A stretch of DNA of 64,000 nt from Gemmatimonadota bacterium (lineage in GTDB: Bacteria > Latescibacterota > UBA2968 > UBA8231), in assembly GCA_038153405.1 (NCBI GenBank), contig JAYOYH010000002.1:64001-128000 (forward strand), in the 5' to 3' direction. The notes beneath the pieces were generated by a model, which saw only the letters and a program-made list of their open reading frames with translations, did no database searches and had not been told where the DNA came from. Positions 20,580 to 30,622 of this stretch are shown one piece after another; within the stretch, counting starts at the first letter, position 1; every line of letters begins with the position of its first letter. The position numbers and the translations under genes are program-made.

Positions 20580-21488
20580 ATGTCCGACTACGCACGCGTT
20601 GGCCATATAACCGTCTGGCGCAGCGGTGCCGTGGGCGACTTCGTTCTCACCCTCCCCGCTCTCGACGCCCTGCGGCGATACGGAGCAGGACGTCCCATCC
20701 GCGTCGTCGGTCGCCCGTCCATTTGCCAGCTTTTTGAGGCCGATGCCATCGTCGACAGCGAGTCGACGCAGCTACTACCTCTTTTCGCCTCCACGCGTGC
20801 CAGCGAGCGGACCGAGGCGTTCTTTGCCGACTGCAGCCTGTTGCTGGCCTACGGCAAAGCTGAAGGTCCGCTGTACGAGCACGCACTCAATGCATTGGGT
20901 AAGCGGGCTATTTTTTGGGATCCACACCCCACCCCCGGCGATATGCGGCACATGACCGATCACTTGTTAGTGCCCCTGCGCGAGCGGCTGGCCATCGAAA
21001 TAACCGATAACCGTCCCGCCTTGCAACCGCGTGCACACGAGCTGACTCGTGCGGCCGAACTGGGCACCATACCTGCCGTACTAGCCCATCCCGGCAGCAG
21101 CGCTCCCGGCAAATGCTGGCCTTTGGAGCGCTATATCGCCTGGGCGCAGGCGCTGCGTAGGCGGGGCGCAGAGGTGGGATTTATCAGCGGACCGATCGAG
21201 CGCGAACAGGGCGTGTCGATGCCCGGCGACATACCCCATTTCTGTCCGCCGGACCTGCGCACGCTCGCCGCGCTGCTTGCGCAGACGCGCCTCTTTGTCG
21301 GTAACGACTCCGGTCCAGGCCATATTGCGGCAGCAGTCGGCACGCCAACCCTTTCCCTATTTGGTCGGACGGACCCGCACGTCTGGGCACCGCGACGCGA
21401 AACGAGCCGCGTCTTGGTCGCCGCCGAAGGTAACTTGCACAATCTGCCGTTAGACACCGTCGTCTCAACTGCGCTCGATATGCTGTGA
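20580..21488 (+). CDS. GT9 glycosyltransferase (LPS heptosyltransferase-like)
   Basis: 'GAVGDFVL..P', 'HPGSS..KCWP', 'GNDSGPGHIAAA'. Confidence 0.88.
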   Translation: MSDYARVGHITVWRSGAVGDFVLTLPALDALRRYGAGRPIRVVGRPSICQLFEADAIVDSESTQLLPLFASTRASERTEAFFADCSLLLAYGKAEGPLYEHALNALGKRAIFWDPHPTPGDMRHMTDHLLVPLRERLAIEITDNRPALQPRAHELTRAAELGTIPAVLAHPGSSAPGKCWPLERYIAWAQALRRRGAEVGFISGPIEREQGVSMPGDIPHFCPPDLRTLAALLAQTRLFVGNDSGPGHIAAAVGTPTLSLFGRTDPHVWAPRRETSRVLVAAEGNLHNLPLDTVVSTALDML

Positions 21489-21543
21489 TCCATTAGAGAA
21501 GTCGGCTCTGCACCCTTAACCTGTTGGCCGACTTGCAAAGCGC

Positions 21544-22047
21544 TCATTCGACCGACTCGATAATTTCTATCATCACCTTTGCCGTGCCATCCTTGACCAT
21601 TTCTAACTCCAACGCGGCGGCGAAAGACAGATCGAGTACGCGCCCCTCGATAAAGGGACCGCGATCGTTCACCTTCACCTCTACCCAGCGTCCGTTGCCC
21701 AAGTGGGTTACGCGAATGTGCGTGCCTAGGGGCAGCACTCGGTGCGCGGCGGTGAGTTTATACATATTGAACGTCTCGCCGTTGGCCGTTTTGCGTCCGT
21801 GAAATTTTTCGCCGTAGTAGGAAGCAACGCCAATTTGATAGGCATTGCCGGTGTCGATTTGCTCAATGTCAACGGGCTGGGCCGTCTGGGCGGGCGGGCC
21901 CAAGGGCGTTGGCGAACGTTGAGGGGATGAGCGCACAGACTGGTCGGCAGCAGATCGCGCAGGCGCTTTTCCCCCATTCAGGTAAACGGGGTGCGGCGCA
22001 CAGGCGCAGCATAACATCGCGATCAGTATTCCAATCCACCTCTGCAT
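21544..22047 (-). CDS. rlpA: Septal ring lytic transglycosylase RlpA-family lipoprotein
   Basis: Lipoprotein-like signal 'MLCCAC'; 'ASYYG..FHGRKTANGE', 'TAAH..LP', 'VNDRGPF', 'DLS'. Confidence 0.92.
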   Translation of the reverse strand: MQRWIGILIAMLCCACAPHPVYLNGGKAPARSAADQSVRSSPQRSPTPLGPPAQTAQPVDIEQIDTGNAYQIGVASYYGEKFHGRKTANGETFNMYKLTAAHRVLPLGTHIRVTHLGNGRWVEVKVNDRGPFIEGRVLDLSFAAALELEMVKDGTAKVMIEIIESVE

Positions 22048-22082
22048 GCGATACGCCCCCCTGCCGCCGCGTACAGCAACGC

Positions 22083-22985
22083 CTACGTCTGTAGCGATCC
22101 AACTAAATCGCCCACGCGCGCAATGCCGAATTCTTCGCAGTAGCGGCGAATGCCTTCGACCATTTCGGCGCCGGCGTTGGGGTTGACAAAGTTCGCCGTG
22201 CCCACTTGAACAGCCGATGCGCCGGCGATGAGAAACTCGACGGCATCGAGCGCCGAACATATGCCGCCCAGTCCTATCACGGGAATATCGACAGCTTGGC
22301 TCACCTTCCACACCATCGCCAGTGCAACGGGCTTGATGGCCGGCCCTGATAGGCCGCCGGTTATATTGCCGAGTAGCGGCCGCCGACGGCGCACGTCGAT
22401 GGCCATGCCGACCAGCGTGTTGATCAGCGACACGGCGTCGGCACCGGCCTCTTCAACGGCGCGGGCGATCTCTCCTATATCGGTCACGTTCGGCGACAGT
22501 TTGGCTATGACCGGCTGGTTTGCCGCGCGGCGCACGGCGCCAATCACATCGGCCGATGCACGAGCATTGCTGGCAAAGCTCTCGCCACCGGCCCGCACGT
22601 TTGGACAGGATATATTGACCTCGAGAGCGGCAATTCCCCGCAGGTCGCGCAGGCGCGAGGCCATATCGGCAAATTCTTCAACCGAGTGCCCGGCGATATT
22701 GACCACGACCTGCGTATCTAAGGTCTGTAAAAAGGGCCATTTATCTGCGATGAAATCGTCCAAGCCAGGGTTCTGTAAGCCAATCGAGTTGAGCATGCCA
22801 GCTGGGGTCTCCACGATGCGCTGTGGGCGATTGCCAGCGCGCGGCAGCGGGGTAATCGTCTTGGTCACGATCCCCCCCAGCTGACTCAGGTCGGTCAGGG
22901 ACTGCAGTTCGCGGCCGTAGTTGCAGGTGCCCGATGCCAGCAGAACCGGATTGCGCAGGGCGATGCCGGCCAGTTCGATTGACAT
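22083..22985 (-). CDS. pyrD: Dihydroorotate dehydrogenase 1B, catalytic subunit
   Basis: 'NPVLLASGT', 'MLNSIGLQNPG', 'NISCPNV', 'GGLSGPAIKP'. Confidence 0.96.
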   Translation of the reverse strand: MSIELAGIALRNPVLLASGTCNYGRELQSLTDLSQLGGIVTKTITPLPRAGNRPQRIVETPAGMLNSIGLQNPGLDDFIADKWPFLQTLDTQVVVNIAGHSVEEFADMASRLRDLRGIAALEVNISCPNVRAGGESFASNARASADVIGAVRRAANQPVIAKLSPNVTDIGEIARAVEEAGADAVSLINTLVGMAIDVRRRRPLLGNITGGLSGPAIKPVALAMVWKVSQAVDIPVIGLGGICSALDAVEFLIAGASAVQVGTANFVNPNAGAEMVEGIRRYCEEFGIARVGDLVGSLQT

Positions 22986-22993
22986 ATCCACGA

Positions 22994-23791
22994 CTAGTGC
23001 TCCCAGCAAATTTCGCGCGCGTCAAAAACGGGACCATCGACGCAAATGCGCTTGTAGTCGGCATAGGCGTTATCCGCATCGGCATTTTCCACGCGCACCA
23101 CGCAGCCGACGCAGATGCCAATCCCACAGGCCATATATTCCTCGAGCGAGACCTGGCAGGGCACATCCGATGCCATGCACGCTCGCGCAACCGCCTCTAT
23201 CATGGCGTGCGGACCGCAAGTATAGACCGCACACGCCCCCGTCGCCAATTCGCGCAGCAGCAACTCCGTAACCAAGCCGTGATGCCCTAAGCTACCGTCG
23301 TCGGTGGCGCGCTCTAAGCGCGTGGCCGACACCTGAAAAAAGCTGTCCCCAAGGTGCTTGGCCGCCGAGCGAGCACCAACTAGCAGAATGACCTCAGCGC
23401 CTTTTTTTACCAGCTCGCTGCCCAAAAAAATCATGGGCGGAACGCCGATGCCACCGCCGACCAACACGCTGCGCTTGGTGTTGGGCACCGGCGAAAACGC
23501 CTTGCCAAGCGGTCCTAAACAGCGCAGTTGCTCACCGACCCTGCACCGGCTCAATTGGCCGCTCTTGGGACCCATATTCTGGTAGAGCACGTCTATGCAG
23601 CTGATCTGCCTGTGGACTGCGCATACGCTGAGCGGCATGCGCAGAAACGGCGCAACGTCCGCACTTACCTCTACGTTGACAAACTGTCCCGGCTGCGCAT
23701 GCGCCGCGATATGCGGCGCTTCCAGACGCGCCAGAAAAAAATCCTCTGCCACTTCGTCGTTGGTCAGCACTTCGACTATTTCGTCTATCAC
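22994..23791 (-). CDS. pyrK: Dihydroorotate dehydrogenase electron transfer subunit
   Basis: 'PGQFV', 'GGGIGVPP', 'CGP', 'MACGIGICVGC', 'C.DGPVF'. Confidence 0.95.
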   Translation of the reverse strand: MIDEIVEVLTNDEVAEDFFLARLEAPHIAAHAQPGQFVNVEVSADVAPFLRMPLSVCAVHRQISCIDVLYQNMGPKSGQLSRCRVGEQLRCLGPLGKAFSPVPNTKRSVLVGGGIGVPPMIFLGSELVKKGAEVILLVGARSAAKHLGDSFFQVSATRLERATDDGSLGHHGLVTELLLRELATGACAVYTCGPHAMIEAVARACMASDVPCQVSLEEYMACGIGICVGCVVRVENADADNAYADYKRICVDGPVFDAREICWEH

Positions 23792-26592
23792 GTGCCCTCG
23801 TCTATGGTCGTCGGTGCAGACGCCGCCGTCGTATCAGCAGCTAATTCGCGCAAGAAAAAAGGTATAACTAACTCGACCCATACCTTAATCTGGTTTCCAT
23901 CATTGCGCAGTGCGGGATAAAACTCGTATTCGTAGGCGGCGTTTACCGCTGCTTGGGCAAAGGGTTCGTCGCCGCGAAAAACTTCGACGAGCTCGGCGCG
24001 CCCCGCTTTATCGACCAGCACGTCGACGAGCACCTCAAGCGAATCGACCGACATCCCCGGCGGCGTTTGGGGCCGCACGACCCTGCGCACTAGGGGCCAA
24101 TCGCTCAGCGCAATATCCTGCTTCCCGAGATTCAAGTCGATTTCGGGCGGTACAATGGCCAGCTCTTCCAACTGATCTAGTTCGAGCGCCTCGCCCTCCA
24201 CTATAGCCGGGTACTGATCGCGCGCATAGCGTATCTGCGGATTGGCCGCATCGCGCCTTAGCAGTTGCTGAAGGTAGGAATTGGCCGAGTCCTCTTCGGC
24301 CTCGGCAATGTGTATGGCAAATAGCCGGTAGTGCGCCTGTAGGTTATTCGGGTCAAAGCTCAGCGTCTGGCGATACAGCTCCGTAGCCTCGGAGAAAAAG
24401 CCCTCATCCCACGATATATTGCCCAACAGGTAGAGCGCGCGCGGGTTTCTCAACTGTTCTTCCAAGCTGCGCTCGTAATAGCTGCGCGCCGAGCTCTTGT
24501 CGCCGCGCCGGTCAGCGCGCAGCGCAAATCCCATGTACTTGCGCGACAGCGATGCGGAGTCGAGCGTGTCGGGTTCCAACGCCAACAGGGCCATTTCCTC
24601 ACCCGGCTTCAGCACCCCGCCCACGGCTTTGAGACTGCGCTCCAGCTTGGCGACGGAGCCATCGCTTTGCGCTGCGCGTCGCTGCAGCGCCAAATCGCCA
24701 TAGCGCGTTTCTGCAAACTCCTCTTCCAGACGGCGGTAGCGCTGCTCCACTTGCAGCGTATCGCCGCGGAGATCGTCGTATGCCACGGCGCTCAAGTAAA
24801 CGGCCTTGGCGCCGATGGGCGAACCGGTATAGCGCGCTGCCAAGCTATCGAGGAGCGGCACGTAATCCTCCAGCGCGTTGGGATTGGTCATGCGCAGCGT
24901 TTCAATCTCGGCAAACTCAGCCGCGGCGCGCTCGGCGTCCGTAGTCAGCAGTTCGCGCCCCAGGAGAAGGCGCGCTTGGTTGGCATGGGCCGATGTAGAA
25001 AAATCGCGAACCAGCTGTTCTAAATACGGCTTAGCCCCTTCTTCGTCACGCAACAGCTGTCGGTGAATCCAGGCTATGCTGTAGACGGCACGCGGCAGCT
25101 GCTCCGAACTCGGAAAGCGACGAATGACTTCTTCGTAGTAGGCGATGGAAGAGTCGGGCTGTCCGACAAAATCGCGATAGACCTCGGCGATGGTAAATAA
25201 ATTATCGAGCACTTCTAGGCTGTGGGATACGACGACTTCTTTGCCGGCTTCGCCCCCTCCGCGTTCTTCGCCTTCCTCGTCCATGATTTGGTCGTCGACG
25301 TCTACGGCGTCGTCTTCGCTCTGTCTGTCTACGCTAGCCTCTTCGCCGTCTTCGCCTCCTCCGTTTTTGCTCCCCTCGTCTTCATCCTCCTCGCGCTCGG
25401 GAGGCTGCCAGCCTTCGACCCGCAGAACGGGGCCGGCAATGGCACCGAGCGAATCGGCGGCCAGCGAGTCGGCCCGATGCACGCTGCCCTGCAGACTTTC
25501 CAATCGCGTCAGGTGGCCCAACATAACCTGGGCGAGGCGCGCCCCCTGCGACCCCGCTTTTTCCTGGTTGGTCTCTTCGAAGTACTCGCGGGCCAGTCGG
25601 GTATCCCCTCGCTCCTGCAGATAGAGCAACCCCGTCCGATAGAGCGCCATAGCCGAGGCCGGACTCTGGGGAAAATCGTCGCGCACCTTCTCGTACTGGG
25701 CAAGGGCGCGCTCTTCATCGCGATCGACCTGATAGTGCTGGCCGATCAGCAGGCGCGTGCGTCCCTCATAGGCGCGAAAATCGCCGTCTTTAAGCAGTGC
25801 ATCATAGGTATCTAAAGAGCCTTCCACATCGCCCAACATAGACAGGGCACGACCAATATTGAGCCGAGCCCGATATTCCTGATCGCGGTCTGGATCGGCC
25901 CTGAGCACTTCAAAAAAAGTATCGACGGCTTCTTCGTAGTGCGTCGAGTCTTCAAGCGCCAATAGAGACGATCCCAGCCGCAGCAAGAGCGCGGCGCGGA
26001 TCGGCGCATCGGGGAACGCATCGAGCGCGGAGCGGTATTCCTGTGCGGCGGCGACGTAGTCTTCATTGGCAAAGGCCATCTCGCCCAAACGCCATCCCGC
26101 CCGAGCCGCCATCTCCTCTTCGGCCTCTTCTACCAGCGTCCTGTAGAGTTGCTGGGCCTCGCTGTCGATCCGCTGTTTTTCCATGCACAGAGCGCGCCAG
26201 TAGCGCGCCCTGTTGAAATATTCGCTATCGGGAAAGTTGGTCTCCAAATCGCGGAATGCCTGGACCGCGCGCAGGTACTCGGCGCGCCAGTAGAACGAAC
26301 GCCCCAAGAGGAACATCGCATCGTCGACCAATTCGCTCTCTTTGTAACGCTCCAACACGCGCGAGGCCTTGCGCGCAGCCTGATCGTACAGCTGGTCGGC
26401 ATTTTGCGGGCGCGGCACCTGGTAGTCCTCAGTGGCTCCGTCTTCTAACTCCCAACTGGCGTGCAGTTCTTCGTGCGCATGGCGCGCTTTTTCCGCCTGG
26501 CGGTAGTATTTCTGTGCATTGTAGAACGTGTTGAAATAGACGCAGCCCGAAGTGCCGAAGAAGACGAGTGCTATGAGGACGTACAGGCGCAT
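23788..26592 (-). CDS. Large TPR lipoprotein with acidic linker and C-terminal TonB_C-like domain
   Basis: Lipobox 'TSGC' then 'VYFNTFYNA'; many TPRs; Glu/Asp-rich segment; C-terminal 'VLVDKAG...FAQAAVNAA.EYEFYPA.RNDG..IKVW.ELVIPF'. Confidence 0.8.
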   Translation of the reverse strand: MRLYVLIALVFFGTSGCVYFNTFYNAQKYYRQAEKARHAHEELHASWELEDGATEDYQVPRPQNADQLYDQAARKASRVLERYKESELVDDAMFLLGRSFYWRAEYLRAVQAFRDLETNFPDSEYFNRARYWRALCMEKQRIDSEAQQLYRTLVEEAEEEMAARAGWRLGEMAFANEDYVAAAQEYRSALDAFPDAPIRAALLLRLGSSLLALEDSTHYEEAVDTFFEVLRADPDRDQEYRARLNIGRALSMLGDVEGSLDTYDALLKDGDFRAYEGRTRLLIGQHYQVDRDEERALAQYEKVRDDFPQSPASAMALYRTGLLYLQERGDTRLAREYFEETNQEKAGSQGARLAQVMLGHLTRLESLQGSVHRADSLAADSLGAIAGPVLRVEGWQPPEREEDEDEGSKNGGGEDGEEASVDRQSEDDAVDVDDQIMDEEGEERGGGEAGKEVVVSHSLEVLDNLFTIAEVYRDFVGQPDSSIAYYEEVIRRFPSSEQLPRAVYSIAWIHRQLLRDEEGAKPYLEQLVRDFSTSAHANQARLLLGRELLTTDAERAAAEFAEIETLRMTNPNALEDYVPLLDSLAARYTGSPIGAKAVYLSAVAYDDLRGDTLQVEQRYRRLEEEFAETRYGDLALQRRAAQSDGSVAKLERSLKAVGGVLKPGEEMALLALEPDTLDSASLSRKYMGFALRADRRGDKSSARSYYERSLEEQLRNPRALYLLGNISWDEGFFSEATELYRQTLSFDPNNLQAHYRLFAIHIAEAEEDSANSYLQQLLRRDAANPQIRYARDQYPAIVEGEALELDQLEELAIVPPEIDLNLGKQDIALSDWPLVRRVVRPQTPPGMSVDSLEVLVDVLVDKAGRAELVEVFRGDEPFAQAAVNAAYEYEFYPALRNDGNQIKVWVELVIPFFLRELAADTTAASAPTTIDEGT

Positions 26593-26597
26593 GGAAC

Positions 26598-29500
26598 TCA
26601 CGAATTGGCGTGGTAATCTTGCAGGGCGCACACGTCGAGACCGGAGCGCAGCAGAGCGTCAATACCCTCCGCAGCGGCGCGCGCACCGGCCAGCGTCGTC
26701 GTATAGGGGACGTTGTTCATAACGGCCGCGCGACGCACGACAAAATCGTCATACTGAGAAGGTTCATCGAGCGGCGTGTTGATAACCAATGCGATATCGC
26801 GATTGCGAATGGCATCCTCGATATGCGGCCGTCCCTCGTGCACTTTGCGAACCACCCCGGCCTCGACGCCGTTGGCGACGAGATAGTCGCGCGTGCCCTG
26901 CGTGGCAACAATGGTGAAACCCGCCTCTAACAGACGCTGGGCCACCGGTACAATGGCCGGTTTATCGCGATCGGCCACGCTTATAAAAACGCGCCCCTGC
27001 GCCGGCAACACGGTATTGGCACCCATTTGCGCCTTGAGAAAGGCCGTGCCGAAGTCGCGGCCAATGCCCATGACCTCTCCCGTCGATTTCATCTCCGGCC
27101 CCAGCACGCTATCGGCGCCGGGAAATTTGATAAAGGGCAGCACCGCCTCTTTGACGCAGATGTGCTCTGGGACGATTTCCTCGTGGACGCCCTGCGCGGC
27201 CAGGCTAGTGCCGACCATGGCGCGCGCGGCGATCTTGGCCAGCGGTCTGCCGATGGCCTTACTGACAAAGGGCACCGTCCGCGAAGCGCGCGGGTTGACC
27301 TCCAACACGTAGACTTCGCCCTCGTGAATGGCGTACTGCACATTCATGAGTCCAATCACATCAAGCGCTCTGGCCAGCGCGTGCGTATAGTCGCGCAGGC
27401 GCTGCAAGTTTTCCGGCGTAATGCTATAGGGCGGCAGGGCGCAGGCGCTATCGCCGGAGTGCACTCCGGCGTGCTCAATGTGCTGCATAATGCCGCCGAT
27501 AACGACGTCTTTGCCATCGGCCACCGCATCGACGTCAAACTCTTCGGCCCCCTCCAAATAGCGATCGATGAGCACCGGACGCTCTGGCGACACATCAATG
27601 GCCTGGCGCATGTAGTTTTCCAGACTAGCCGCATCATAGACGATGACCATAGCGCGCCCACCCAGCACGTACGAAGGGCGCACCAAGACCGGGTAGCCGA
27701 TGCGCTCGGCCACCGCACGCGCCTCGACAAAACTGCTGGCCATGCCGTTTTCCGGCTGGCGAATGTCGAGTTGGCGGAGCAGGTTGCCAAAGCGCTCGCG
27801 GTCTTCGGCCAGATCGATGCTGGCCGGCGTCGTGCCGATAATTGGCACGCCTTCGCGCTCCAGCTCGGCTGCCAGGTTCAGCGGCGTTTGGCCGCCGAAC
27901 TGCACGATAACCCCGTCGGGGTTCTCGCGGCGGACGATGTGCAACACATCTTCTACCGTCAGCGGCTCGAAATAGAGCTTATTGGCCGTGTCGTAATCCG
28001 TGCTCACGGTCTCGGGGTTGCTGTTGACCATGATGGTCTCGTAACCATCTTCGCGCAGGGCAAAGCAGGCGTGCACGCAGCAATAGTCGAATTCGATTCC
28101 CTGCCCTATGCGATTGGGTCCACCGCCGAGTATCATGATCTTTTTCTTGTCGGAGCACTCGGCCTCGTCCTCGCGATCGTAGGCCGAGTAGTGGTAGGGC
28201 GTATGCGCGGCAAATTCGGCGGCACAGGTATCCACCGTCTTGTAGACGGGAAATAGACCCAGCGCGCTGCGGCGGGCGCGCACATCGCCCTCGCTCAGCC
28301 CCAACATGTGTGCCAATTGGCGATCGCTATATCCCCACTCCTTAGCTCGGCGCAACAGCCCGACGTCTTCCAGATTGCCGGCGGCGCGTATCTCGGCCTC
28401 GCATTCGATCAACTGCAGCAGGTGGTCTAAAAACCAGGGGTCGATGCCCGTGAGCTTGTGCACCTGTTCGATTGAATAGCCCTTTTCAAAGGCGAGTTTG
28501 AGGTAGAATATGCGCTGCGAGTTGGGCACGAGCAGCTTTTCGCGCAGCTCCTTGTCGCTGACCTTCTCGCTGGAAAAATCCTTGCCATCGGCTCCCCAAC
28601 CCGCACGCCCTACCTCGAGCGAGCGCAGCCCTTTCTGCAGGGACTCTTTGAAGGTGCGGCCGATGGACATCGTCTCGCCAACGGAGCGCATTTGCGTGTC
28701 GAGCTGATCGGGTGTGCTGGGAAATTTTTCAAAGGTAAAACGCGGAATTTTGGTGACTACGTAATCGATTGTCGGCTCGAAGGACGCCGGCGTTTCGCGG
28801 GTAATATCGTTGGGGATTTCGTCGAGGCTATACCCAACGGCCAGCTTGGCCGCGATTTTTGCGATGGGAAAGCCCGTGGCCTTTGAGGCCAGAGCAGACG
28901 AACGCGATACGCGCGGATTCATCTCTATAACGGTCATGCGTCCGTCGGCGGGATTGACGGCAAACTGAATATTCGATCCTCCGGTATCGACGCCGATCTC
29001 GCGGATAACGCGGATCGCCGCATCGCGCATGATTTGGTATTCCTTGTCGGAAAGCGTTTGCGCGGGCGCCACCGTCAGACTATCGCCGGTGTGTACGCCC
29101 ATCGGGTCGAAGTTCTCTATGGAACAAATGATGACGACGTTATCGGCGTGATCGCGCATGACCTCGAGTTCGTACTCTTTCCAGCCGAGCACCGACTCCT
29201 CGATCAACACTTCGTCGATGGGACTCAGATCTAGGCCATGAGCAACAATGCGCTCGAATTCCTCTGCGTTGTAGGCGATTCCTCCGCCGCTGCCCCCCAT
29301 GGTAAACGATGGACGGATGATGGTCGGGTAGCCCAGCTCCCCCTGATCGCGCAGCGCCTCATCCAACGAGTGAACGAAGAAGCCGCGCGGCATATCGAGG
29401 CCGGCGCGATCCATAGCAGCCTTGAACAACTCGCGATCTTCCGCCGTCTTTATGGCATCTAATTTAGCGCCTATTAGCTCGACGCCATACGCGTCGAGCA

Positions 29501-29819
29501 CGCCGCTTTCGGCTAGGGCAACGGCGGTATTGAGCGCCGTTTGACCGCCCAGTGTGGGCAAGAGCGCCTGCGGTCGTTCCGCCGCAATGATCTTGGCACA
29601 AATCTCCGGCGTAATCGGTTCGATATAAGTGCGATCGGCCATTTCGGGATCGGTCATAATGGTCGCCGGATTGCTATTTACTAGCACGATTTCATATCCC
29701 TCTTCGCGCAGTGCCTTACAGGCCTGAGTTCCCGAGTAATCGAATTCGCAGGCCTGCCCGATGACTATGGGGCCGGACCCGATCAACATGATTTTCTCTA
29801 TATCTGTGCGCTTGGGCAT
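26598..29819 (-). CDS. carB: Carbamoyl-phosphate synthase large subunit
   Basis: 'MPKRTDI', '[17 protein letters not shown]', duplicated ATP-grasp domains, MGS domain. Confidence 0.99.
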   Translation of the reverse strand: MPKRTDIEKIMLIGSGPIVIGQACEFDYSGTQACKALREEGYEIVLVNSNPATIMTDPEMADRTYIEPITPEICAKIIAAERPQALLPTLGGQTALNTAVALAESGVLDAYGVELIGAKLDAIKTAEDRELFKAAMDRAGLDMPRGFFVHSLDEALRDQGELGYPTIIRPSFTMGGSGGGIAYNAEEFERIVAHGLDLSPIDEVLIEESVLGWKEYELEVMRDHADNVVIICSIENFDPMGVHTGDSLTVAPAQTLSDKEYQIMRDAAIRVIREIGVDTGGSNIQFAVNPADGRMTVIEMNPRVSRSSALASKATGFPIAKIAAKLAVGYSLDEIPNDITRETPASFEPTIDYVVTKIPRFTFEKFPSTPDQLDTQMRSVGETMSIGRTFKESLQKGLRSLEVGRAGWGADGKDFSSEKVSDKELREKLLVPNSQRIFYLKLAFEKGYSIEQVHKLTGIDPWFLDHLLQLIECEAEIRAAGNLEDVGLLRRAKEWGYSDRQLAHMLGLSEGDVRARRSALGLFPVYKTVDTCAAEFAAHTPYHYSAYDREDEAECSDKKKIMILGGGPNRIGQGIEFDYCCVHACFALREDGYETIMVNSNPETVSTDYDTANKLYFEPLTVEDVLHIVRRENPDGVIVQFGGQTPLNLAAELEREGVPIIGTTPASIDLAEDRERFGNLLRQLDIRQPENGMASSFVEARAVAERIGYPVLVRPSYVLGGRAMVIVYDAASLENYMRQAIDVSPERPVLIDRYLEGAEEFDVDAVADGKDVVIGGIMQHIEHAGVHSGDSACALPPYSITPENLQRLRDYTHALARALDVIGLMNVQYAIHEGEVYVLEVNPRASRTVPFVSKAIGRPLAKIAARAMVGTSLAAQGVHEEIVPEHICVKEAVLPFIKFPGADSVLGPEMKSTGEVMGIGRDFGTAFLKAQMGANTVLPAQGRVFISVADRDKPAIVPVAQRLLEAGFTIVATQGTRDYLVANGVEAGVVRKVHEGRPHIEDAIRNRDIALVINTPLDEPSQYDDFVVRRAAVMNNVPYTTTLAGARAAAEGIDALLRSGLDVCALQDYHANS

Positions 29820-29856
29820 GCCAGTATCGTTCTCGCTAAGCGGTTGATAGCACATA

Positions 29857-29894
29857 CAAAAACAGAGATGCGCCGGAGCACATCTCTGTTTTTG
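29857..29894 (-). terminator. Intrinsic terminator-like hairpin just upstream of carB
   Basis: Perfect 14-bp arms caaaaacagagatg / catctctgtttttg. Confidence 0.7.
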
Positions 29895-29957
29895 CGGAAC
29901 TCCGAATTATAGGGGGAAGACGATGATGCGAATAAATCTGTGCACCCCACCTTGCCA

Positions 29958-30506
29958 TTAGGGATTTTGAATGATCCCCATATAAATGAGCAGGACAATG
30001 AGCCCGACCGTCGTCGCATAACCCAGTTTGAGAAACAGCAGGCGGTACTGCTCCCAGTTGCGCTTTTTTCGAATACGCAGTTGGGGTTCCTGCCCGACAT
30101 CCCCCTGAAACCGCTGCTCATCGATGAGGCGCACCAAGTTCGGATCGTAGTCGGCAATGGCCTTGAGAATGAGGCGCTTGCGACGAGCGACCTTTTCGGC
30201 GAACGCCTCGTGCGCCCCTTCGTCGACGCTGCGCGAACTGACCGCCCCCACTTCTTTATGACCGTCACCGGCGTGATCAGCTATAAGAATGCAGGTCTTT
30301 TCCTTGGCCAACTCCTCGGTCAGACCGCTAATCGCTGCGCGGTCCCTGACGTTGGCCTGCAAAACGGCGAAGCACGTATCGATAAAACGCTTGAAGTCGC
30401 GGCGGATTTCCTCTTCCGAGAGCCCCAATAAGTAGGACTCTTCAATGGCTTCCTCAATGGCTTCTTTCACGCTAGACATAATGCACACTCTATCATCTAT
30501 AGTCAT
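29958..30506 (-). CDS. Hypothetical protein with single C-terminal TM helix (start may be 30479)
   Basis: Charged helical N-terminus, basic 'RIRKKR', terminal hydrophobic helix; upstream TTGACA-N17-TACTCT. Confidence 0.65.
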   Translation of the reverse strand: MTIDDRVCIMSSVKEAIEEAIEESYLLGLSEEEIRRDFKRFIDTCFAVLQANVRDRAAISGLTEELAKEKTCILIADHAGDGHKEVGAVSSRSVDEGAHEAFAEKVARRKRLILKAIADYDPNLVRLIDEQRFQGDVGQEPQLRIRKKRNWEQYRLLFLKLGYATTVGLIVLLIYMGIIQNP

Positions 30507-30622
30507 AACGAACAAAGACTTAGGCTGCAAACAACCGACGCGACTTCACCGGCCAAACCACCTCGCTTACCACCCCCCATAGAGTACTGCATCGGTCAGT
30601 GCATGTCAAGTATATAACCCGG

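Noticed and set aside
27027..28256. 409-aa plus-strand ORF, and similar long antisense ORFs at 32967-33944, 34305-35207 and 19842-20420
   Set aside because: Antisense shadows of strongly conserved genes in high-GC DNA; no motifs or RBS
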